A stretch of 64,000 nt of DNA, from assembly GCA_951406725.2 (NCBI GenBank), contig OX597837.1, positions 17,298,001-17,362,000 of the forward strand, read 5' to 3'. The translations under genes were made by a program, and so were the position numbers. The DNA is from Octopus vulgaris. Taxonomy: Eukaryota. Below, one piece after another: positions 25,376-39,808 of the stretch. The stretch's first letter is position 1. Every line of letters starts with the position of its first letter. The notes beneath the pieces are model-generated. The model was not told where the DNA came from. It made no database searches and saw nothing but the letters and a program-made list of their open reading frames with translations.

Positions 25376-27904
25376 ACATATATATATACTTGATGATCAT
25401 GACTGAAATGCCTTTGATCTAAGGTCTTCTCAATTAAAGTTGACCTAGTGTTAAATAACAGTAATATAATCTATCCATTGCGTATTAAAATATTGCTCCT
25501 CAGTCTTCATCACCATCAACTTTTAGTCACATAATGTTGTTGTTTTGATCTAGAGGGCTTATAATGAAAGACATTCCATCTGTGACCATCCCATCTGTTA
25601 CCATATAATCTAATTTAATTGAGTATGGTATGTGTGTAGAATATGAGGTCCAGCACCCAACAGAGGACCTGTTCTTTTTTTGTGTCTAATTGGTATTTGT
25701 ATTGTCTTATATCATTTATATTAAAATATTAGTCAGTATCTGTATCAATGTCTATCTTTACAGAGCGTACTGGGTGCATTTTCATGGCACTTGAGAGGTA
25801 ACCATCTCCTTGGCACATGTCTCTGCTTACTTACCAGCCTCAGAGTGAGAAGCATGAAAGATTGTGATAAGAGAGTGATAGGAGCACTCAGTATTTCGAG
25901 TTAGCTAATGTATATTGAAGGCAATGTGACAGAAGGTAATGTGACGTGGGAGATAGAACATGACAGAGACCCAAGATGTGGAAAGAGATGAAGCAAGAGT
26001 ATGATGACAGGCTGAATGAAACAGAGTGAAGACATTTAGCACAAGGGAGGAAGGTGAAGGAAGAGTGTACTGGGCACAGTTGGTCCAATATAGCCTCCCT
26101 ATACTTACACTTTGAGATAGGCCAGAGAGATCAGGTGGTGGGGGAATGAAAAGCTACTGAGTTCCTGTATTAGTGAACAGCATTAAACAAGACTTGATGA
26201 GGGAGTTAGATGGTCAGAGAGGTATAGTAGAATTCTTAGTTAAACAAGAAGCAATGCAGTGGACAGAAGGGATCTACTGCCTTCTTTAGTCCTACCAGTG
26301 GTAGAGTGAGATTGAGAAGTGGGTGTGACTGAGTGATGAGCAATAGGGGCACGGGTTTGTAAAGCATGAGAAATAAAAAGGCACAGGGGATATTGGTGAC
26401 AGAAAGATGAGTGATAAAGGGGTGTATGATGCAAAGGGTGTGAGAAAGGGGTGGGTGGGTGATAGGAGCCTCTGCACAATGGTTAAGATATCTACTTAAG
26501 CATCAAAAGAGACGAATTGAAAATGTACGTGAAACTCTAGCAATGCATTTGTGTTGAGATAAATACTGAAATCTTTAGTTTTAGAAATTCATAGCTAGGG
26601 TCACATGTATTAAATTACTGTTTTGTTCTTCGAGCTTAAACTGGTTATTTTTAGAGACTTCATCAGCAGAAAGTTTCATATTTGAATATAGGTGAGGGTT
26701 TCCCCACTACTGCTCTTAACCTACAAGAAATATTGTACTCAACCTTCAAAGAATAGCCAAATCTCCATCAAATTACTGTTATGCTCATCAGTCTTAAAAG
26801 AAGAAGTACAAATTGATTAATATAGCTCTATACATTCTATGCCTGGATAAAAGATGAGGTGGTCATGGTTGAAGTGTTTTTGACTGTAGGTCTGCTCTAT
26901 CAGAGTTGAACTGGGACTAAGCAACAACTCACGAATACACACACACACACACACATACACATGAACAGACAGAAGACTTGAGAAATCCAGCACACAAGAA
27001 AAAGTCTGTGAATCAAAATACAACAAACCAGAGAAAGTACTTTCCTGTTAAATATACTGAAATTTCAAATGAAAACAGATTATAAACACAAGAATGGAGA
27101 GCAACACCCATGTCTGGAAATTTGAGATATGTAAAATGTATATGTATGTAAGTGTGTGTAGGTGTCCATATATGTGTGTGCATATGCATACATTATTTAT
27201 GAGCATTTATATATGCATGCGAGTATGCATGTTGTTGTTATCTTTGGTACGTTGAATGTGTTTATATGGAGATAAATACATTTGGTAATTTCTCACTTTG
27301 CTGCGTATTTTTCAGGGGTTTAACAGCAAAAATTGGAAGTACCTTCTTTTTTTAACACATGCAGATATACACACAGACACACATATATGCACGCGCATGC
27401 ACACACACACACACCACATTAATAATCCAACATTTACATTTATGTATTTAGTCACTTTATAAAACTCATACAGCACCATACATATACATATAGTATCACA
27501 TATGTGAAAAATAACATAGCAGCACATGTAGCCATTTATATTGATGGTTTAAATCTTTAATATAACTTTAGCCCAGCAATATTATATTCTAGTATACAGT
27601 ATTACTATACATCAGTACAATTATAATGTAGTATTCGTTAATTCTAATTATAATACAGTGTAACATTAATTTTGTTTAATCATAATCTTGTATGAGTAAA
27701 ATCCAATTTTCTAACCTATTATTGCTAAAATTCAGTATTGCTATGTTACAATTGAGAACAACTTCAGTTAATTGTGTTGAATTATTGTAATCCAAGATAA
27801 TTTTAATCCACTATAGTTATAATCCATATTACTTCGATTCAGTATTATTATAGCAAATTGCAAAATTTTTAACCATACTGCCATGTCTGAACTCAGATAC
27901 ATAT

Positions 27905-28195
27905 ATGGTGGACTCTCCTGTTGAAGACAGCGTATGAGCGTTCAGTTTTTTGCTGAACAATCTGCACAAATGATTTGTTTATAGTGATCAAATGTTTGTA
28001 CCATACATTAGTTCACTCCTGCCATCAAATCGATGTTGTCTGAACAGGTGTGCTGTGTGCTACGTGTCAGGTATCAAAGTGATCGCAGAGCAATGTGAGA
28101 TGTGAGATGTGAGATGAAGTGTTTTACTCAAGAACACAATGCACCACCCAGTCTAGGAACTGAATTCACAATCGTGAGTACAACACCCTAACCAC
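27905..28195 (-). mobile_element. SINE-like repeat (tRNA head, central domain)
   Basis: ACACCCTAACCACT head end and GATGAAGTGTTTTACTCAAGAACACAATGCACC core, similar to 29365-29772 and 53775-54060. Confidence 0.6.
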
Positions 28196-28210
28196 TATAT
28201 ATATATATCA

Positions 28211-30706
28211 AAGATAGAGAAATTGTATGCTTCCTGACTGACAAATCAAGTAGAATGTCTGTTTACAACCTATCAAACTATATTTAAACATGCAATCACA
28301 CATCAGAGAACAACTACACTTGAATACTCTGAAAATGAAAAAGTCCTTAATGCTCACACGAGGATGTGGAGTATCATTCCCCAGTCTGAGAAATGTACAG
28401 TGAACAATTTCATAACCACCAACAATGAAATCCCACCTCTATATGGCCTTCAGAAAGATCATAAGAGCTACTTAGTTCATGTACTTGGGCCACCTACTCG
28501 ACCTGTTTGTGGTGCTAACAATGCTAACAACCACAAAATATCATATTCTCTCTCACAATTCCTACAACCCTTCATAGAGTTATTTACAGATTTTTGCGAT
28601 AGTACTGAAGACTTAGCAGGATTCACGAATGCAGTAACACATGTAACCTCAGTGACCACATCATAGGTAGCATGGATGTGATTATCACTATATCCTTCCA
28701 TTGATGTAGACTTTGCTATTGAAAAATGTATAGAGTTAATTTGTGAGAGTAATATGATATTTAAAATTGTGGATGTATATAAACTAGGCCTCTTCCTGAC
28801 CCTAACTTGTACCAATGAATATCTGTCACACAATAAACTGGTATATGCTTGTCTCACCTGTAACAAATGAGGTAGAACACTTACTATTACCTCAGCATAC
28901 AAAAACCCACAGTAAATGCTGGCACGGCTGGACAAAACCAGACCACCAACCTTCAGATGTACATGACGTCAGAATTACTGTCGCATACGCTATCGGTGTC
29001 AGCCTTAGAACTACTCTTAAAAACCATATTTTAAAGTTTAATAATAAACTATATAAACAGACGAAAGGCTATTGGTGTAGGGATCGCTGATGATGTTGCT
29101 AGCCCCTTCATGGTATGATGGGACATACCACTTCGCTTTGTATTCTCGATAATTTGATGACATTAACCTTGTCGTGAAAAGTAATACACATATGGACGTT
29201 CTACTAAATAAAGAACAGATGATGACAACTATACAACACATAGCTGACTCTATCCATAGCAGTATAAAGGTTACTGTAGACCCCTCTAAACCCCAGAAAT
29301 AGATTACCTGTCCTAGATACTGAGCTGCAAATAGAAAATACTGATTAACGGAACTGTTAAACTCATAATGCCCAGTCTGGGAATTGAAACTGAAATCCTA
29401 CGACTGCAAGTCCGCTGCCCTAATCACTGGGCCATTGTGCTTCCACATAGGAGCACTCCATTGGTTACGATGACGAAGGGACCCAGATGATATGATCAAT
29501 GGAAAAGCTTGCCCGTGAAATTAACGTGCAAGTGGTTGAGCAATCCACAGACAGGTGTACGCCTAACGTAGTTCTCAGGGAGATTCAACATGACACAGAA
29601 TGTAACAAGGCTGGTTTTTTGAAATATAGGTACAACTCATTTTTACCAGCTGAGTGGACTGGAACAACATGAAATAAAGTGTCTTGCTCAAGGACACAAT
29701 GTGTTGCCAGGAATTGAACTCACGATCTTACAATCATGAGTTGAATGCCCTAACCACTAAGCCATGTGCCTTTGCACACTATTGTAAACCTATGGCTAAT
29801 CCACTGGTAATCCATAGTGACTCAGCGATGTCAAGTACTACCAAAATCCTCATCTTCATGGCAGACTTGGTTAGAGTAATGAGGAATGAACCCCTACAAT
29901 GCCAACCACAAGAACGACAGCAACATATCCAGCACTACATATTCCGAATGCAATGTTCCGGTTACACACAGTATGATAGAATCAGAGTGTACAAAGGAGC
30001 AAAAACAAGATTCGAATGCATTCTAAGAGATGATAAAAACGGCATATTCTGCAACAAGTTCTGGAATAAGTTGGAGAGGGACCCAACAAAAGAAATAGAA
30101 ATAATACTTGGTATGATAACAAGAAGTTTCACAGTGTAATGTTTGTTGATGCTACACCTAGGAACAAATTAAGTAGGGCATTTAAGAAAATCCTGCACAC
30201 AACTGGCTTTAAAATCAAGGTTGTAGAAAAGACAGGTAGGATTATCAGATCTGTATTAAGTAAGTTATACCCATTTGATAAAATCACGTGTCAAAATAGC
30301 TGTGCAGTATGTTCTACAAACTCACATATGAACTGCAAAAAGAAAAACTCTGTATACCAGATTAAGTGCCAAGAAGGGTCTTGCGTGATTATCCCAGAGT
30401 CATATATTGGTGAAACTTCTAAGAGTATCAAGGATAGGTTCAAAGAACACCTGGACAACTATATTGAGAACTCATCCTCCACCCAATAATAATAAAAAAA
30501 AAAACTCCTTCTTCTATCAGCATACTGTAGATTGCCACAATGGCTCCTTAGAAAGGCTTAGGTTAGACATTCTGTCTACACATCCCAATGATGCAATGCT
30601 GAGACAAGTCACTGAAGCTGTCTGTATACAGGGATACAAACCCACCCTCAACTGTAAATCCAAATGGGGTAACTCCCAGATTCCACTCAGGAGTACTCAT
30701 CTATAA
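28211..30706 (+). mobile_element. Decayed Penelope-like element (RT plus GIY-YIG), interrupted by SINEs at about 29365-29772
   Basis: LYGLQKDHK...PTRPVCGA, SMDVxSLYPSID, FNNKLYKQTKG, LPVLD; C-terminal CKKKNSVYQIKC...YIGETSKSIKDRFKEH...RQVTEAVCI...PTLNCKSKW. Confidence 0.85.
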
Positions 30707-30956
30707 TCACCCCTTTCTCTCATTTAACATGTAGAAATTCATACATACATGTTGAGATGCATGATACTGAAATACATATATGTAGTTATATATAATCATA
30801 TGAGTGTACAAAGATTAATATGTATGTACGTATGTGTAGGTGTATGTGTATTTTAGCATGCGTGTGTATGTGTGTGTGTACGTGTGTTTGTGAGTATATG
30901 TGTGTTTATGAGTGTGTATATGCACGCACATATGAGTATGTGCATGTATATATGTA

Positions 30957-31005
<49 letters not shown>

Positions 31006-31054
31006 CATACATACATATATATATATGTATGTATGTATGTATGTATATCTATGT

Positions 31055-34000
31055 CAGGTCACTTTTGAGTGCTACTGGTAACATGTAACCCAGTACAACC
31101 TGTTGCATGGTCAGGTCGTCAGCGACTTAATCCGGCAACCCCACCCAGCTTGCTTGGTGAGGAGGGTGTTTATTGGACACCCTGCGGGATGAAAAACAAA
31201 ACCCGTCAAAGGGTGGAGGAACTCTTCAGAGTCAACGGCCATCCAATAAATGTCTTAAGGCTGTATCATGCGCGGTGACATAGAAATAATCGGACTGAAT
31301 ACCCGATCGCGTGGTTAAACCATTGGGAGTGAAGGACTCCTAGCCTTTGTTAGGTCATCCTTCTAGGAGAAGGTAACTCAGGTAACTGGGATAACTCCGA
31401 CATAAAACCTGCGGCTCAGTGGTTGCGGATGATGTTGACTTGTTCTTCTTTTCGGATTATGGCTGCTGTTGCTTAGTGAGTGGGATTGAGTCAGTGCACA
31501 ACCTTTCCTCACTTTAAAAAAAATCTTCTTGCACAGGCATTGCATGATAACAACTTTTATTGATTGATTAAATTGATTAACTAATTCATGATTGTTGATG
31601 GCACTGTGAGTCTCAACTGAATGGCTGGCTGTAGAAATCAATGATGTACCAAAACAGTATAAAAATAAATGGCAGTAAGGACTCTGGAACCACATCAGCT
31701 GAAAGAGTCTGGCCTGGCAGGGGCTCCAGAGCATCACAGTCTGAACCCGGCTGTCATCATGCTACTGTGATAGAACCAAAGACAATAGTGAATATTGGCT
31801 GTTGGAATGTATGGACACTGCTTGGCCGCAAGTCCTCTGAATGTTCTGAAAGAAGGACTGCGTTTGTTGCGAATGAGCTTCAACGCTATGATCTTGACAT
31901 CGTTGCTTTATCTGAGACGAGATTACCTGGAGATGGTCATCTTACAGAATCTTGTGGAAAATATACATTCTTTTGGAAAGGGAGGAATGAAGAGTTTAGA
32001 GGAGAGGCGGGAGTGGCATTTGCTGTTAAGACTACTCTTGTAGACAAGTTGGAAAAATTCCCAGTCGGAATTAACGAGCATCTTATGTCCATGAGAATTC
32101 CTTTGGTTAAAGGAAATTATGTGACCTTGGTGAGTGTGTATGCTCCAACTATGTGCTATACTGATGACGAAAAAATTTCTTTCTACCATACTTTGAAGGG
32201 CATTATAAGAAATATCCCTCGGGCAGAAAAAGTCATCGTACTGGGTGACTTTAATGCTAGAGTGGGTAGGGATTTTAACACATGGACTGTAATTGGAAAG
32301 CATGGCGTCGGGAAGTGTAATAGTAATGGCATGCCTTTGCTGCAGATGTGTGAGGAGCTGCGTCTGTGTGTTACCAATACCATGTTTCAACAAAAGAATA
32401 AGTTTAAGACTACATGGATGCACCCTGCATCTAAAGAATGGCATATTCTGGATTACATCATTGTAAGGGTGCGTGACAGACAAGATGTGCAGTGTTTTTG
32501 TGTTCTTCGTGGAGCTGAGTGTTGGACTGACCATCGCCTAGTACGTGCAAAAGTGAAATTAGTCACAAAACATAAAATCCGGGCTGCAGGGATTACCCTG
32601 CCTAAAAGACTGAATGTTGATCATCTTAGGTGTAATAGTGTGAAGAGAACTTTACGAGAGGAAATGAATGCTGCAGATATTGGGGAGGATTGGCCGACCC
32701 TTAAAAAGTCAGTTTATGATATAGGCAAGAAAGTTCTGGGATTGGTACAAAGAAAGCATCAAGATTGGTTTAAAGAAAATGATGAACATATAGATGATTT
32801 ATTGGCTGATAAAAGATGTACTTTGTCACGCTTTTTGTCAGCAAAGCCACAGGAAAGGGAAGTTTATGGACCGACATCTTCCCTGATGACACCACTTCGA
32901 AGCAGGGATGGTAAAGAACTTTTTCGTGATTCACAAGGAATTCTGCGAAGGTGGCAAGAACAGTTTGATGAACTTTTGAATCAGTAGTCTGTAGTTAGTG
33001 AGGATGTTCTCAATCTCATCCCTGGATTGCCTGTGAAGGCAGCACTCGCGGAACCACCAAAGTTGGAAGAAGTTGCAATGGCTGTCTCAAGGTTGAATAA
33101 TGGGAAGTCTCTGGGTATGGATGGCATTCATGCAGAGTTGTTACAGCATGGTGGTGAGAAACTTCTGCAGAAACTTCACTCTTTGTTTGGTAAGATATGG
33201 GCGAGTGAATCTATACCAGAGGACTGGCGAGATACAGTAATGGTGGTCTTGTATAAGGGAAAGGGCAACAGGAATGATTGTGGTAACTATAGGGGAATAT
33301 CATTGCTTTCTGTCATAGGAAAGGTTTTATGCAGAGTACTTCTGGATCATCTGCTGAAACATGTTTCAGATTGTGTTCTTCCAGAAAGTCAATCTGGCTT
33401 TCGTGTGGGATGTGGCACTGCTGATATGATCTTTTCAGCTAGACAGCTTCAAGAGAAGTGTGTGGAACAGGCTCTGGATTTGTATCAGGTTTTTGTTGAT
33501 CTGACAAAAGCCTTTGATACTGTTAATAGAAAAGCATTGTGGAAAGTCCTCCAGAAACTTGGGTGTCCTGAAAAGTTCCTTGCTTTGGTTAGGTCTTTTC
33601 ATGAAGACATGAAGGGTAGGGAAAATGTTGGAGCCCATTTCAATACAAAATGGAGTGAAACGGGGATATTCTGGCACCGACCCTATTTTCCATATATTTT
33701 GCGATGGTGTTCTGTATTGCATTCAGAAACTACAGATATGGTGTTTACATCCATTATCAAACCTCTGGTAGCATATTTAATATCAGGCGCTTTGCTGCAA
33801 AAACAATGATATTTACCTCTATCATAAGAAACCTTTTGTATGCAGATGATTGTGAGCTAGTAGCACACAGAGATTGATATGCAACACATCTTGAATGCAT
33901 TCTCTGATGCTTGCACTGCCTTAGGATTGACAGTCAATCTCAAGAAAACTGTTGTCATGCATCAACCTGCCCCTGGTAAGCAGTATAGTGTACCAAATAT

Positions 34001-35088
34001 CTATGTGTATGGTAAACGACTTGATGTAGTTGATCAGTTTGTCTACCTGGGAAGCACTATTAATAGATATAGCAATTTGGATGATGAAATTCCATATAGA
34101 ATTAGGAAAGCAAGTGTTGCTTTCAGAAGGCTAGAAAAGCACCTCTGGAGTCGGCAAGACATATGCAGAAAGACAAAGATAAAGATGTACAAGGCATGTG
34201 TGCTCCCTTCTCTTCTCTATGCCTGTGAGATGTGGGTCACATATCGATACCACCTTAAACAACTGGAACATTTCCATCAGATGTGCCTCAGATGGATCTA
34301 TGGCATTAAGTGGAAGGACCGCATCAGTGATCTTGAAATATTGGAAGGCTCTCGGTGTGAAAGTATAGAAGCTCTTGTGTTAAAGCAAAGGCTCAGATGG
34401 AGTGGTCATCTGGTCAGGATGAAGGATTCAAGGATGCCAAAACAACTCTTTTATGGAGAGTTAGCTAAAGGAAAACGACCTCCACATAAACCAAAAATGA
34501 GGTATAAGGACTTGCTGAAGGCTTCCTTAAGAGATGCTTGCATCTCTCCTGACACATGGGAAGGCATAGCTATTGATCGTAGCAGGTGGAGAAGGATTGT
34601 GCACGAGAGGACAGCCACTTTTGAGAAATCTTGAGTTGCTCATGAGAAAGTAAGGAAGGATGTCAGGAAGGGCATCGCTGTTACACTTCCAGATGGGAAG
34701 GGTCTTCCTATGATGCTGACATGCAATGTCTGTGCAAGACCCTGCCTCAGTAAAGCTGGACTCAAGAGTCATCTTCGTAGTCATAAAGTGAGACAGATGA
34801 GTGACAACCTGGCCACTGGAGGTGGTGTAACACACCATACTAATCATATCTGTCGGGCATGTGGAAGAGAGTGTAATTCAGCAGGAGGACTTAAATGACA
34901 TGCAAAGGTACATGAAGCCCAGTTACAACTACAGCCGGCTATTACCAGTAAAAGTTTTAGTTGCCAATTCTGTACAAGACATTGTAGATCTTTAGCTGGG
35001 CTAAAAAGCCACATTCGATCACAGCACCAGTAACAGTTAAGCTTCATGCAATGGCCATACTCGATAACGAGGGGGCAGCCATAATGTA
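31055..35088 (+). mobile_element. Near full-length RTE (BovB-like) LINE: APE endonuclease, RT and three C2H2 fingers; frameshifted
   Basis: GCWNV, ALSETR, GVAFAV, SVYAPT, GDFNARVG, LDYI, TDH; NYRGISLLS, QSGFR, DLTKAFD, LLYADD, FVYLGS, LRWSGH; CxxC...HxxxH motifs at about 34720-35028. Confidence 0.93.
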
Positions 35089-35100
35089 ATGTATGCATAA

Positions 35101-35134
<34 letters not shown>

Positions 35135-35143
35135 GCACATATA

Positions 35144-35472
35144 TAGTGGCGGACTGAGTCTAAAAATAGTGGTTGCCAGGAAACTAAGGGGCCCACCCGC
35201 TACTACAAGGGACCTCACCTGCAACTACAAGGGGGCCCACCCGCAACTACAATGCTATCGTTTGATGTTTTTGCTAAAAGTATTCTTTTCAACTGTTTAC
35301 AAACACAGCCAAGCTGAAATAATTAATGCATTCTTCCAGGAGTGAAAAAAATCTCTCAAACTTGAGGTGATGGGCCCCTTAGATACAAACATGGGCCTCC
35401 ATATATGGATTCTAATGGTGCAGGAGCCCACTTGCCATCAGGCAAGCTGGTAACCTGGCCAGTCCATCACTG
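35144..35472. mobile_element. Non-autonomous hAT-type MITE
   Basis: TIRs TAGTGGCGGACTG and CAGTCCATCACTG, with an 8-bp target duplication CACATATA at 35136-35143 and 35473-35480. Confidence 0.8.
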
Positions 35473-36176
35473 CACATATATATGTAAAATACAAGAAAAA
35501 AAGTTTTTGAATTTTAACCGTTGTCTGCGAAAGTAGTGACATATATGTGTGTAATGGATAAACGTATATATGTGTATGTGTATATGTGTTTATATGATTG
35601 TGTGTGCTTGTACTTTTGTATAAGTAAGTTTATATTTGCATGTATGTATCTAAGACAATGTATCCATTCACTGTTAGACGGTGGTGAGAGGGACATATAT
35701 ATATATAAATAGCATTCAACTGTGGTTGTGGTTGAATATATTAAGTCCACCATTTCGTCAATCACAGCAGCTTCCAAGCTTCACCACTAATTCAGTTCTC
35801 AACTAAATTGCAAACTGTTAACAATTTTAAAGAGGACACCCCCTCAGCTACACTTTGGTATAAATAGTTTGAGATTTGGTTCAGTAGAAAAAAAAGTTAC
35901 ATCAAAATATCTGTGACCTCAAGGGGGGTAGTAAAGCAGATATTCATTTTCAATTAACAAAGTTTTTAATTTTAAACTAAAAGTGTATCTTTCTTAGGCT
36001 TAAATGATAGAAAAATGCATGAGGAGTTCAGAATCGCTAGTCACATTGAACAAAAATTAGTAGAAAAAGAGTTATGAAGTAAAATGTTATGAAATTTCAT
36101 GTCAGTAAGTAAGGAAGTAAAGGGGTAGTGGTTAAGCAATAGAGAATATATTTCTAAGATGAATGTTTATTTTCTA

Positions 36177-36462
36177 AGGCAGTGAGCCGGCAGAATCGTT
36201 AGCACACCGGGCGAAATGCTTAGTGATATTTCATCTGCTACTACGTTCTGGGTTCAAATTCCGCCAAGGTCGACTTTGCCCTTCATCCTTTCGGGGTCGA
36301 TTAAATAAGTACCAGTTACGCACTGGGGTCTATATAATTGACTTAATCCGTTTGTCTGTCCTTGTTTATCCCCTCTGTGTTTAGCCCCTTGTGGGTAGTA
36401 AAGAAATAGGTATTTTGTCTGTCTTTACGTTTTTTAGTTCAAATTTCGCCGAGGTTGACTTT
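36177..36462 (+). mobile_element. SINE with partial internal duplication
   Basis: GGCAGTGAGCCGGCAGAATCGTTAGCAC head and GTTCAAATTCCGCCAAGGTCGACTTTGCCCTTCATCCTTTCGGGGTCGAT domain. A minus-strand relative lies at 14510-14670. Confidence 0.7.
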
Positions 36463-36533
36463 GACGTACAGATTATTTCGTTAATTTTTAGTTTAAAAAA
36501 TTAATGAAATAATCTGTACGTCAAAGTCAACCT
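36452..36533. repeat. 38-bp inverted repeat, 1 mismatch, 6-nt loop
   Basis: AGGTTGACTTTGACGTACAGATTATTTCGTTAATTTTT (36452-36489) pairs with 36496-36533. Confidence 0.92.
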
Positions 36534-37453
36534 TTCAAACTTCTAATACTGGTAGAATGTGTCACATAGAACAGGCTTTACTCTTAATGTTTTTGACAAA
36601 ATTTTGTATTTTAGAAGTTACTTTGTCACAAGTTACAGAGTGACAATGGAGAAATTCATGTTTGATAAGTGCCAATACACGAAACTTTTAGCTTTTGACT
36701 TACTCTCTAACTTCTGCTGATGATATATATACATATTACACGTATGTGTAAAAAAGTCTCATCATGCAATTGAACCAATGGAAGAGCCTCTACCTAGTCG
36801 CTCAACATGATAAAAATAGCAGCCAAAGTATTCCCCTACCTAAATCACATGCCCATTGTATGTAATGTCCTAGATTAAAAGACGGTTTGCTGAAGGCTGG
36901 AATGTCTTTGATGATACGTTTGCAGTATCAGGGTTTATTTGAGGCTAAATAACAACAACATTATGGGCAATTTCTATATTAACACCCGCACGATTTTCAC
37001 TGAGAAAAAATTGGATTTTTTGCATGGAATCAAGTGCCCTGAACTCCTAATATGCAGCAAATCCCTTATTTTTGGTTTGGGAAAAACAAGGTGGGGGTTC
37101 CCTCCCACCAATCCTGGAATCATTGGAAATTTTTTTTTTGTTGAATGAATTCCTGTGACCTCCTAATATTGCAAAATTAGGTTACTTAAGGTGAGCCTGG
37201 TAACTGATGGTTTTGGAGTCTTGTTGTTTGTAACTTTTGGTGAGCCATGGTGCAACCAACAACATGGTAAAAATCCTTGCCATCAATTTGGTGTGGATGA
37301 GTAATATCAAATAATTCAATCACAACATATATTTAAATTAAACACGAAAAAAATTGAAATATTATCTTTCAGTATTTTATAAGGTAAAACCTTAAAGTAT
37401 TAATTGACACATTATTAATTATCTTATAACAGCAATGTCAGGAAAAATCATGG

Positions 37454-37974
37454 ATTACATGGAAAAATGCAAGCATGGAAAGTCATATTCTTAAGATTAT
37501 AATCCTGGAAAAGTACAGGACAAGTTATTACATCTGTAAAAGTATAGGACAAGCTATTACTTCTAGTAAAGTAAAGAATAAGAAACTTTTTACTCAAAAT
37601 ATTGCAGCTAAAATTAAAATTTGAATATTAAAACTTATTTTATTATAGTTTACAAATAACACTATATTTATTTAAGTAGAATTTGGCTAATTTACTGCCT
37701 TAAATACAGAAAAAAGTGACTAATTAGACAAACTTACAAATTAGCTGAACAGTTTTGTACAATAAATTTCAAAGATGAGAACTGTAAAGAGTGATAAATT
37801 AGAAGAACTGGCATTCTTTGCTGCAATATTTTAAGTAAAAAGTTTCTTATTCTTTACTTTACTTGAAATAATAGTTTGTCCTAAACTTTTACAGGTGTAA
37901 TAACTTGTCCTGTACTTTCCTAGGTTTATAATCTTAAGAATATGACTTTTCATGCTTGCATTTTTCCATGTAAT
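37454..37974. repeat. Fold-back/MITE-like element with ~155-bp imperfect inverted arms
   Basis: 37454-37608 is the reverse complement of 37820-37974 with scattered mismatches. ~210-bp spacer; abuts (TA)n on the right. Confidence 0.85.
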
Positions 37975-38500
37975 ATTTATATATATATATATATATATAT
38001 ATACATACAAACTTCAACAGAGTAATATTCATATATACAACTTGAACAGACACACATATCAGTACATAAACATACGTTCACATGTACATACACATATACA
38101 CACACACAGACATGTCTACACACATACCTAAATACTTACATACATATATACATAAGTACATAGATACATACATACTTACGTACATACATACATACATACA
38201 TACGTATAGGTGTGCATGCATATGCATGTACACATGCATACACACATACTTACATGCACACATACACATACATATCATGAACTGTTACTTTCTCAGATGC
38301 AGCATGGAATTTTGTCAGTTGAACAGGTCACGGTTTCAAAACGATGAAAATATTTTGACAAATTAAATTTAAATGTTGAAGTGAATCTAACGTTTTTTTT
38401 TTGTGTATTTAAATGGTTTATAAACACCTTCCATGCTGCAATTAAAAAATAATAATAATGAAATTATTGTATACAGTGCTCAGGTGCACCACAACTTGTG

Positions 38501-38539
<39 letters not shown>

Positions 38540-38540
38540 A

Positions 38541-39808
38541 TTGGGTCATCCCATATATAATGCGGTGTTTTCAATTGCACAAACTAAAAGTTGGAGGGAG
38601 ACAGGATAAACTATCTGCATCAACTTGCTATAAAAGCAGGTAGTAATTTTACCTTGTGCCTATTCTTAGTGCAAGTTTTGGAGAGTGAGGTTCGATTTTA
38701 ACAGTTATTTTTTCAAAGCTATAATGGAAGTGACATAGGAGCATATTTGGCATATTTTGCTTTATGAGTTCAATAAAGGCAACAATGCAATGGAAAGTGC
38801 GAGAGATATTAATGCAGTATATAGGGATTGGACAATAAGTGTAAACCATTGTCAAAGGTGGTTCCAGAAATTCTGAGCCAGAGCCTACAGCCCAGAAGAT
38901 GAGCCTTATCTTGGAAGATCTGTAGAGCTCGATGTGGACATCCTGCAAATACAGGTGGAACAAAATCCCAATGTAATTGTTGAAGAATAGCAGAGAAGCA
39001 TGGATTTCATCATTCAACCATTCATTGACACCTGCGTGCCATCAGAAATGTCAGCAAATTAGGTCAATAGGTTGCTCACAAACTTTCTGAGTCTAATTAC
39101 GTGCAGAGAGTGAATGTGTGCTCTTCTTTGCTGTCACGTCTCACGCATGAACCTTTTTCGGACCAAATAGTGACTGATGATGAGAAATGGATTCTCTATA
39201 AAAATGTCAAGCAGCAAAGACAGTGGGTAGAGAAAGGAGAAACACTGGCACCCAAGCCTAAAGAAGGTCTTCACCCATGTGTCAGGTGTTGTTATCTGTT
39301 TGGTGGGATATGAAAGGTTTTGTCCACTTTGAACTTTTAAACCCAAACCAAATGATAACAAAGGTGATCTATTGCGAGCAGCGTGAGTGGCTTAGGTCAG
39401 TGCTAGAAGATAAAAGGTGCTCTTCCATCAGGATAATGCTTGGCCACATACAGCGAGGATGACATTCCAAAAGCTGGAGCAGTTTGAATCGGAAACAATG
39501 CCCCTTCCCCACCATATTCGCCAGGCATTGCCCCATCTGATTATCATTTATTCTGTAGTCTTTAAAATCATTTGGACAGAAAAAATATGAATTCTGTAGA
39601 CGAGGTCAGAACAGTACAGGAGGAGTATTTTTTGACATGGACAAGTGAATTTTGGAAGTGGGGCCTTGCAAGTCAGCCAGATAGATGGAAGAGCATCATA
39701 GAAAATGAAGGAGAGTATATTTTAGATTAAAAAAAGAACTTTGTTTATCTTAATTTCGAAAAAATAAAAGAATTATAAAAATACTGCATTATTTATAGGA
39801 TGGCCCAA
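38541..39808 (+). mobile_element. Full-span decayed Mariner transposon
   Basis: ~30-bp TIRs TTGGGTCATCCCATATATAATGCGGTGTTT and its near reverse complement ending at 39808, flanked by TA. Contains IVTDDEKWILY, HQDNA and YSPGIAPSDYHLF motifs. Confidence 0.9.

Noticed and set aside
31055-31300. Possible HDV-like ribozyme in the RTE 5' UTR
   Set aside because: Such ribozymes are known in some RTEs, but I could not assign the P1-P4 double pseudoknot by eye.
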